Origin: an uncultured Gemmatimonadaceae bacterium
GTDB taxonomy: Bacteria; Gemmatimonadota; Gemmatimonadetes; Gemmatimonadales; Gemmatimonadaceae
DNA length: 64,000 nucleotides
Reading direction: 5' to 3'
Assembly: GCA_963781585.1 (NCBI GenBank)
Contig: CAWAGQ010000006.1
Location: forward strand, 320,001 to 384,000
The position numbers and the translations under genes were made by a program. Below are positions 57,086-64,000 of the stretch, one piece after another. How positions within the stretch are numbered: the stretch's first letter is position 1; each line of letters starts with the position of its first letter. The notes under the pieces were generated by a model that made no database searches, was not told the DNA's origin, and worked only from the letters and a program-made list of their open reading frames with translations.

Positions 57086-57916
57086 ATGTCTACGCAAGCG
57101 GAACGCGACGCGCGATATCGGAAGCGGCGCAAGCAGAAGAGGTTCACGCGAGCGCTCTCGGAAGGCGATTCGTGGTTCGACTATCCGATGTATCCGAACC
57201 TCATCGATATCATCGATGAATCGGGCGACCTGGCCGTCGCGCGCCACGAGATCTGCGGCGACGTGGTGTCGAACATGATCGGCACGTTCCCCGAGTGGCG
57301 CGGCGTCGAAAACCTCGTGGAGATCGCCGATGAAGAGCATCCGTCGCTGGTGCTGTTCAGCGGCGGCGGCAACGACATGGTCGGAACCGGCGACATCGAG
57401 GGCATGATCGCACCGTTCGACGCCAACGCGCCCCTCGAGTACTACCTGGCCACCGCGCGATGGCGGGGAAAGCTCGGCCAGCTGAGCGACGCATTCGCCG
57501 TCCTCGCCGCGCACCTCGGCTCAATCGCTCCCGTCTACGCCCACGGTTACGACTACATCGTTCCCGCCTGGAAGCCGGTGCACTATGACGGCATCAACAT
57601 TCGCGTCGGACCGTGGGTGATTCGCGAGATGGAGCACGTGGGCATCCGGGACCCGGCGCTGCAACGCGCGATCGGCAAGCTGATGATCGACAAGTTCAAC
57701 GCGATGCTCGCGGAGCTCGCCGTCACCGCACGAGGCATGTTCGTGCACGTGGACCTGCGCGGCGTGCTCGACCCAGATGCCGACTGGGAGAACGAGATCC
57801 ACCCGACTCAGCGCGGCTTCGAGAAGCTCGCCGCGGAGTTCGTGAAACAGCTGCGCGCGAAGAAGGAGCAGGTGATCGCCACGCGAATCGGCCTCGGGCT
57901 CCCGGTGGTATCATGA
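57086..57916 (+). CDS. SGNH/GDSL hydrolase family protein
   Basis: EGDSWF (block I), SGGGND (block III), HGYDY, NEIHPT (block V). Confidence 0.88.
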   Translation: MSTQAERDARYRKRRKQKRFTRALSEGDSWFDYPMYPNLIDIIDESGDLAVARHEICGDVVSNMIGTFPEWRGVENLVEIADEEHPSLVLFSGGGNDMVGTGDIEGMIAPFDANAPLEYYLATARWRGKLGQLSDAFAVLAAHLGSIAPVYAHGYDYIVPAWKPVHYDGINIRVGPWVIREMEHVGIRDPALQRAIGKLMIDKFNAMLAELAVTARGMFVHVDLRGVLDPDADWENEIHPTQRGFEKLAAEFVKQLRAKKEQVIATRIGLGLPVVS

Positions 57917-58716
57917 AGCCCGTCGCGTTGCTCCCGTTCGTGGTTTGCGCCCTCGCGCACACAGGCCACGCGCAAGTGCACGTGGATTCGATCACCCTGT
58001 CCATCGAGTCGCGCAACATCTGGCGCGGATTCGCCCGGGGCGGTGCCACGCTGCGGTCGGATCTCGCGGTCGCGCTGCTGGGCTACCCGTCGACCACGGT
58101 CGGAGCGTACGGGCTGACCCTCGACGTGACCGGCTGGACGGGGCTGTCCGGCCTCGCCAGGTCCGCCGACCGCTACGTATCAACGCTCGAAGTCCTGCGC
58201 AAACTCGGCACCTCGAGGGAAGAGCCGCCGCTCCACGTGTCGCTCGGGGTATCGGGCTACTACCTGCCCGATGCACCGCACGGCGCGAGGACGACGTCCG
58301 AACTCGTCGCGGGCGTTTCAGGTGGGCGGGTCCCGTTCTGGCCGCAGGAGCGCCGTCCCCACTACTACATCGAAGGAGCGCACGACGTCGACCAGACACA
58401 CGTGACCTGGCTGCGAGCCGGGCTGGTGCTCGACTACGAGCTGATGCCGCTCATGATCCGCGGTGTGCCGGCGTGGCTCTTCATCGACCTGTCCGGCAGC
58501 TCCAGCGATGATCAGTGCGCCGGCGATGACTGCACGACGATGATCCTGCATGCGTGGCGCGCCGCGGCGCGGATCAAATGGGATTCGGACCAGCTGAGAA
58601 TGATGTCGCGGGACGTGAATCTCCGGGTGGCCCTGTACGGCGGCGGGTTGTGGCCTCGTGCGTCCATCGGTCCGGACGTCGGATTCGTGGGTGGGCTGTT
58701 CGCGGTGGTGTTCTGA
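57913..58716 (+). CDS. Hypothetical outer-membrane beta-barrel protein
   Basis: Signal peptide (GHAQ); SRNIWRG; amphipathic strands; C-terminal Phe; ATGA overlap. Confidence 0.65.
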   Translation: MKPVALLPFVVCALAHTGHAQVHVDSITLSIESRNIWRGFARGGATLRSDLAVALLGYPSTTVGAYGLTLDVTGWTGLSGLARSADRYVSTLEVLRKLGTSREEPPLHVSLGVSGYYLPDAPHGARTTSELVAGVSGGRVPFWPQERRPHYYIEGAHDVDQTHVTWLRAGLVLDYELMPLMIRGVPAWLFIDLSGSSSDDQCAGDDCTTMILHAWRAAARIKWDSDQLRMMSRDVNLRVALYGGGLWPRASIGPDVGFVGGLFAVVF

Positions 58717-58745
58717 CGCGACTTCGCCGCACGACCGGTCCCCGG

Positions 58746-59840
58746 ATGCAGCGACTGTTCATGGTGCGCCGCGGCCTGATGGGTGCGCTCGTCGTCTGCG
58801 CCCCGTCGCCCTCCGCACGGGGCCAGACGGCGGGCGCCGGGGCCGTAGTCGAAGCCGAGTTCATCGCGCCGGTCTTCCCGACCGGGTCGGTCCATGCGTC
58901 GACCATTGCCGGGACGCCACAGGGACTCGTGGCCGCGTGGTTCGGCGGAAGCGCGGAAGGCGCGTCCGACGTGGGGATCTGGCTCGCGCGGAAGAGCGGC
59001 GGCACGTGGTCGGCGCCGATCGAGGTCGCCACGGGGGCAGAGCCGGACGGAAGGCGCTACCCGTGCTGGAATCCGGTCCTGTTCCCGGCGTCGCCCGACA
59101 ACCTCCTCCTCTTCTACAAGGTAGGGCCGAGCCCCGGCGAGTGGTGGGGCATGGTGCGCGCGTCACGCGACGGCGGTATCACCTGGAGCGCGCCGCGCCG
59201 TCTCCCGTCGGGCATCCTCGGCCCGATCAAGGACAAGCCGGTGTGGGTCGCCGGCGGCGTCCTCATCGCGCCGAGCAGCACCGAATCGATGGATCGGCCG
59301 AGCCGGTGGCGGATTCACTTCGAGCTCAGCGGCGACACCGGCCGCACGTGGCAGACGGTCGCGCCGGCCAGCCTGCCTGACGACTCCGTGATCGACGCGA
59401 TTCAGCCGAGTGTGCTGGTGCACGCGGACGGCCGGCTCCAGGCCGTCGGTCGCACCCGCAGCGGGCGCATCTTCGAGACGTGGTCGGCCGACACCGGGCG
59501 TACGTGGGAGGCGCTTCGCCTGACGCCGCTTCCCAATCCGAATGCCGGAATCGATGCCGTCACGCTCCGTGACGGACGCCAACTGCTCGTCTACAATCAC
59601 ACCACATCGGGTCGCACACCGCTCAACGTTGCGGTGTCCCGCGACGGAAAGACGTGGGAGGCAGCGCTGGTTCTCGAAAGAGGCCCCGGTGAGTATTCCT
59701 ATCCCGCGGTGATCCAGAGCGCGGACGGGCTTGTGCATATCACCTATACCTGGCAGCGCCGGCGCATCAGACACGTGGTGCTGGATCCGAAGGCACTCGT
59801 GTTACGGCCCATGCCCCACGGCAGCTGGCCGGGGAGGTAG
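58746..59840 (+). CDS. Sialidase/BNR-repeat family protein
   Basis: HASTI, WFGG..EG..DV, CWNPVL, Asp-boxes SRDGGITW, SGDTGRTW, SADTGRTW, SRDGKTW; YSYP. Confidence 0.88.
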   Translation: MQRLFMVRRGLMGALVVCAPSPSARGQTAGAGAVVEAEFIAPVFPTGSVHASTIAGTPQGLVAAWFGGSAEGASDVGIWLARKSGGTWSAPIEVATGAEPDGRRYPCWNPVLFPASPDNLLLFYKVGPSPGEWWGMVRASRDGGITWSAPRRLPSGILGPIKDKPVWVAGGVLIAPSSTESMDRPSRWRIHFELSGDTGRTWQTVAPASLPDDSVIDAIQPSVLVHADGRLQAVGRTRSGRIFETWSADTGRTWEALRLTPLPNPNAGIDAVTLRDGRQLLVYNHTTSGRTPLNVAVSRDGKTWEAALVLERGPGEYSYPAVIQSADGLVHITYTWQRRRIRHVVLDPKALVLRPMPHGSWPGR

Positions 59841-59983
59841 GCGTTTCGACGGGCCTTCGGATGGCGATGTCAACGGGAGGAACGTGGAGGGGCGTTGATG
59901 GTAACGGTACCGCTGGCGCGCCGCCGGAGCGAGGGCGACCTTGTGTGCCACACGCGCCGATGCAATTCGACGAGGAGCGCCGC

Positions 59984-61453
59984 ATGACTTCCTGCACCAG
60001 CTCGCTCATGGGACACGCGGCCCACCACATGTTCCTGGGCGCCATGGCCTTCCTCGCCTGCTCGGAGCCGTCGCGCGCGCCCGTCACGCCGACCGACACC
60101 ACGAGCGTGCCGGCCGACCCCTCCGACTGGACGCGCTTCGGCTGGGACGCCGGTCGATCGAGCGCGCCCAATGTCGAGACCGGCATCACCGCCGGCAACG
60201 TCGTGTCGCTGCGCCGACAACAGGTGAGCATCGACGGCACGGTGGACGGGTCGCCCATCTACCTGCACGACGTGCAGGTGGCCGGCGCCGGGCACGACGC
60301 CTTCTTCGTCACCACCACCTACGGCAGGACGCTGGCGGTCGACGCCGACGACGGCACGGTGCTCTGGACCTACACGCCGCCCGGGTACGCGTCCTGGGTG
60401 GGATCGTACCGCATAACGACGGCGACGCCGGTGGCCGATCCCGGACGCGACTTCATCTACGCCGCCTCGCCTGACGGGAAGATCCAGAAGCTCGCGGTCG
60501 CGGACGGGCGCGCCGTCTGGAGCGTCGCCATCACGCTCCTGCCCCAGCGCGAGAAGATCGCGTCGCCGCTCAACTTCTTCCGCGGGCGCGTGATCGCGGC
60601 CACCGGCGGCTACATCGGCGACGCCCCGCCGTACCAGGGGCATGTGGCGATCGTCGACGGATCCAGCGGCGCGCTGCTCCACGTCTGGAACTCGCTCTGC
60701 AGCGACCGGCCCGGGCTCATTCAACCCTCGTCGTGCGCCACGAGCGGCTCGGCGATCTGGGGACGCAATGCCCCGGTGGTGGACACGACCAGCGGCGACA
60801 TCTTCGTCGCGACCGGCAATGGTCGGTGGGATGGGCGCACCAACTGGGGTGACGCGGTGCTCGAGCTCGACGCCGATGCCACCCGGGTGGTGGGCAACTA
60901 CACGCCCACCAACACGGCCTCGCTCGACGCGAGCGATGCCGACCTCGGCTCGACGGCGCCCGCGTTGTTAGGCGGCAACCTGATCGCGCAGGGCGGGAAG
61001 GACTCGGACATTCGTTTGCTCGACGTCGCGGCGATGCGCGGGAGCACGGGGCACCAGGACGGGGAAGTGCAGGTGGTGTCGTCGCCGTCGGGCGTGGATC
61101 GCTTCACCGCGCCGGCGGTGCTGCACCGCGGCGCCGAGACGTGGATGTTCACCGCCGACGATGCCGGGACGGCGGCGTGGACCCTGACGGGCGGGCGGCT
61201 GACCGTCGCCTGGCGTAACGGCAATTCAGGCACCAGCCCGGTGGTCGCGGGAGGACTCCTCTTTGTATACGACCCGGGCGGTGGCCTGCGCGCGTACGAC
61301 GCGAGTACGGGACGCCAGATCACGGTGCTCGATTGCGGCCGGGGGCACTGGAACAGCCCGATCATCGTCGACGGGCGGATCGCGCTGCCCGAAGGGAACG
61401 CCAACGATCGTCGGACGAGCGGGGTGCTGGACATCTGGCGCGTGGTGCCGTAG
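59984..61453 (+). CDS. PQQ-like beta-propeller lipoprotein
   Basis: GAGGAG RBS; AFLAC lipobox-like; DWTRFG, AVDADDGTVLW, SGSAIWGR, ATGNG, DADLGS. Confidence 0.8.
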   Translation: MTSCTSSLMGHAAHHMFLGAMAFLACSEPSRAPVTPTDTTSVPADPSDWTRFGWDAGRSSAPNVETGITAGNVVSLRRQQVSIDGTVDGSPIYLHDVQVAGAGHDAFFVTTTYGRTLAVDADDGTVLWTYTPPGYASWVGSYRITTATPVADPGRDFIYAASPDGKIQKLAVADGRAVWSVAITLLPQREKIASPLNFFRGRVIAATGGYIGDAPPYQGHVAIVDGSSGALLHVWNSLCSDRPGLIQPSSCATSGSAIWGRNAPVVDTTSGDIFVATGNGRWDGRTNWGDAVLELDADATRVVGNYTPTNTASLDASDADLGSTAPALLGGNLIAQGGKDSDIRLLDVAAMRGSTGHQDGEVQVVSSPSGVDRFTAPAVLHRGAETWMFTADDAGTAAWTLTGGRLTVAWRNGNSGTSPVVAGGLLFVYDPGGGLRAYDASTGRQITVLDCGRGHWNSPIIVDGRIALPEGNANDRRTSGVLDIWRVVP

Positions 61454-61593
61454 GGCGCACGCGCACTCCCGCCCTCCGGACCATTGCTGAATCGTCCGGG
61501 ACAGGCATCTTTGCGGCACGTCCCCGGAGTCACGGTCCTGCTCCGCAGGCCGGTCGTCCGTCTGCGGTCACCCACACCAAGGAGTACCTCACC

Positions 61594-62004
61594 ATGCGTC
61601 GCCTCATGCCATCGATCGCCGCCCTGATGTTCGGCGTCCTCTCAGCGGGTTGTTATCACGTCATCGTGGACACCGGCGAGAAGCCGTCCGGGCAAACCAT
61701 TTCCAAGCCGTGGGCGCCGTCGTTCATCGATGGACTCGTGCCCCCCTCGGTCGTCGAGACCGCGTCGAAGTGCCCGAACGGAGTCGCCAAGGTCTCGTCG
61801 CAATTGAGCTTTCTCAACCTGCTCGTGGGCGCGGTGACCTTCGGCCTCTTCACGCCGATGCAGATCGACGTGGACTGCTCGACCGGTGCGAAGGCTGGTG
61901 ATGACGCGGCCACGCTTTCCGGCGCTGCGAACCCGACCGCCGCGCTGAACGAGGCAGCGACGCTGGTACGCCGCGACGGGCATCCGGTCTACGTGCGATT
62001 CTAG
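61594..62004 (+). CDS. Bor/Iss-like lipoprotein
   Basis: AAGGAG RBS; LSAGC lipobox; C..GVAKV....SFLN.LV...TFGLFTP....V.C pattern of the Bor family. Confidence 0.78.
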   Translation: MRRLMPSIAALMFGVLSAGCYHVIVDTGEKPSGQTISKPWAPSFIDGLVPPSVVETASKCPNGVAKVSSQLSFLNLLVGAVTFGLFTPMQIDVDCSTGAKAGDDAATLSGAANPTAALNEAATLVRRDGHPVYVRF

Positions 62005-62050
62005 ACCGGCCCGGTCGGCGATCGCTCGTCGTCGGCCGGCCGGAGCGGGT

Positions 62051-62094
62051 TGCGACACGGCGCGCCGCACGATTGTGCGGCGCGCCGTGTCGCA
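62051..62094. terminator. Long perfect hairpin between convergent genes (probable bidirectional terminator or RNA stabiliser)
   Basis: TGCGACACGGCGCGCCGCAC-GATT-GTGCGGCGCGCCGTGTCGCA, a 20-bp perfect stem with no U-tract. Confidence 0.6.
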
Positions 62095-62124
62095 GCCGGA
62101 ACACTTCCGCCGGATCGATTGTCG

Positions 62125-64000
62125 CTACGGCCTCTCGAGCCCCGACGACGTCGCGCGCGTTGTGTTCTTCGAGCTGTAGCGATCGAACCAGCTGCGCAGA
62201 TACAACTGGGTGCGCAGGAAGTTCGAAGGCGTGCTCGACGTGCCATGATACTCGTTGTTCATCCGGATCATGACCGTCGGCGTCCCATGCACCTTGAGCG
62301 CGCGGTAGAACTCCTCGATCTGCGGAATCGGCGTCCGCAGGTCGAGCACTCCGGTCATCAGCATCGTCGGCGTCTTGATGTTGCCCACGTACATGATCGG
62401 TGAGCGCCGGAGGTACTCGCTCGGATCCTCCCAGAACGGCTTCTCGAAATTCTCGTACCACCCCGCGCCGTCGGTCTCCCCCACGAAGCTGATCCAGTCG
62501 ATCACCGGGCAGAGCGCGGCCGCCGCCGCGAAGCGGTCGGTATGGCCCACGGTCCACGCCGTGAGCACGCCGCCGCCCGAGCAGCCGTAGACGAACAGAT
62601 TCTTCGGGTCGATGTATCCGCGGCCGATGACCGTGTCGACGCCGGCCATCAGGTCGTCGAAATCCTTGCCCGGGTACGCGTTCTTGATCTCGTTGGTGAA
62701 CTTCTCGCCGTAGCCGGTGCTGCCGCGCGGATTGGTGTAGAGAATCACGTAGCCGTTGGCGGCGTGATCCTGGCGCGCATAGTTGAATGCCACGTTGTAC
62801 ATCGACTGCGGGCCGCCGTGGATTTCCAGAATCAGCGGGTATTTCTTCGACGCGTCGAAGCCCGGCGGCTTCACGATCCACCCCTGGATCCGCAGGCCGT
62901 CCTTCGACGTGTACCAGATCTCCTCCGTCTGCGCCAGGTCCTTGCCGTGCAGCACGTCGTCATTCACCGCGGTGAGCGGCGTGAACGACGACGTGGTGCC
63001 GGTCCTGGGAACCATGAACGTGTCGATGTCGTTAGGCGTCGTCGGATCGGTCCGGATGCCCACCGCGAGGCCGTTGGCGCCGACGTCGGTGGTCGTCAGC
63101 ACCTGCTTGCCCGCCGTGACGGCGCGCGGGCTGCCCGCGGGCGTCACGAAGTAGAGGTTCTTCGATCCCTCGCTCTCCACACTGAAGTACACGCCGCTGT
63201 TGTCCCGCGCCCAGAATACGCCCGAGATCGGCCGGTCCAGATTCCCCGACACGGCGTGGGCATTCGAGCCGTCGGCGTTCATCATCCACAGCTTCGAGGG
63301 CGCCCAGGCGGAATGGTCGACCGAGTCGGCCGCCATGAACGCGATCAGTTTCCCGTCTCGAGAATACTGGGGCCCGCCACTGGTGCCGGCGCGATGGGTG
63401 AGCTGGCGGATTTCACCGGTCTCGATATTCGCCGCATAGACGTGTGAGGTGCGGAACTGGTCCTCCGCGTTGGGCGAGAGGTTGCCCGAAAACGCCAGCC
63501 ACTTGCCGTCGGCCGAAAAGCTCGCGCCGGAATGATCGAAGTCACCGCTGGTGATCTGGCGGGGCGTCCCCCCATCGGCCGGAATCACGAAGATGTGCCG
63601 GTAGGCTCCATCGGTGAAGCCGACCCGGTCCCGCCGATAGTTCAGCCGCGAAACGATCTTCGGCGGCTCCACCCATTTGGCACCCTTGGGGGGCGCGGGC
63701 ATCGCAATGTGGAAGGTGTCGCGCCATGCCACGTTCATCGTGAACGCGATCGACCGGCCGTCGGGCGACCATTCGAGACCCGAGGGCGACTCGGTGAGGT
63801 GCGAGATCTGCGTGGCCGCACCCTCGGCGTCCATCCAGCGGGTGAAGATCTGCTGGCCGCTCGGCTCCCCCTTCGCGACGTACGCGATGCGCTTGCCGTC
63901 GGGCGACCATGTCACATCGCCGCCCTGCACCAGCTGCCGGGCGTGGGATCCGTCGGCATTCATCAGCCACACCGACGACTCCCAGCGGTCATTCATCTTG
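62125..64000 (-). CDS. S9 family peptidase (acylaminoacyl/dipeptidyl peptidase), 5' end outside the window
   Basis: PD40 repeats (WSPDG); IHGGP, NPRGSTGYG, GCSGGG, DLRT, EYHG. Confidence 0.93.
   Translation of the reverse strand, partial: KMNDRWESSVWLMNADGSHARQLVQGGDVTWSPDGKRIAYVAKGEPSGQQIFTRWMDAEGAATQISHLTESPSGLEWSPDGRSIAFTMNVAWRDTFHIAMPAPPKGAKWVEPPKIVSRLNYRRDRVGFTDGAYRHIFVIPADGGTPRQITSGDFDHSGASFSADGKWLAFSGNLSPNAEDQFRTSHVYAANIETGEIRQLTHRAGTSGGPQYSRDGKLIAFMAADSVDHSAWAPSKLWMMNADGSNAHAVSGNLDRPISGVFWARDNSGVYFSVESEGSKNLYFVTPAGSPRAVTAGKQVLTTTDVGANGLAVGIRTDPTTPNDIDTFMVPRTGTTSSFTPLTAVNDDVLHGKDLAQTEEIWYTSKDGLRIQGWIVKPPGFDASKKYPLILEIHGGPQSMYNVAFNYARQDHAANGYVILYTNPRGSTGYGEKFTNEIKNAYPGKDFDDLMAGVDTVIGRGYIDPKNLFVYGCSGGGVLTAWTVGHTDRFAAAAALCPVIDWISFVGETDGAGWYENFEKPFWEDPSEYLRRSPIMYVGNIKTPTMLMTGVLDLRTPIPQIEEFYRALKVHGTPTVMIRMNNEYHGTSSTPSNFLRTQLYLRSWFDRYSSKNTTRATSSGLERP

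Noticed and set aside
61503..61518. Possible sigma-54 site upstream of the Bor-like gene
   Set aside because: Only the GG-N10-GC spacing matches; flanks are poor and chance matches are common at this GC content.

Overview
A 64 kb, GC-rich (roughly 68-70% by eye) bacterial window. The gene content (Zn-ribbon/Ser-Thr kinase/TPR protein, GGRGG-linker secreted hydrolases, six-bladed propeller lipoproteins) suggests Gemmatimonadota, which is an inference. I see no rRNA, tRNA, CRISPR array or transposase. Main modules: (1) an Xre/RES toxin-antitoxin pair; (2) a TetR-LolA-like-2xFtsX-ATPase-OM barrel export operon, with both permeases frameshifted at short homopolymers; (3) a tricorn-like S41 protease and a BNR/VPS10 protein; (4) the standout, a tightly coupled minus-strand operon at 25.3-35.6 kb encoding an exported alpha-dioxygenase-like heme peroxidase, an atypical cytochrome P450, a catalase-related protein whose distal His appears replaced by Asn, a duplicated-domain membrane protein, a DyP peroxidase and a GH13 enzyme, i.e. 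a candidate undescribed bacterial oxylipin/lipid-hydroperoxide pathway; (5) a four-gene membrane/secreted/TPR/papain-plus-alpha/beta-hydrolase operon; (6) a minimal Tat-FeS/NrfD/cytochrome c redox module with a candidate sigma-54 promoter and palindromic enhancer, divergent from a histidine kinase, NtrC-type regulator and cupredoxin-like gene; (7) assorted secreted hydrolases and lipoproteins. Also present are several gene remnants, a heptamer tandem repeat, a 20-bp perfect hairpin and a recurrent GTTAGGC motif. All calls come from motif recognition only; no searches were run.
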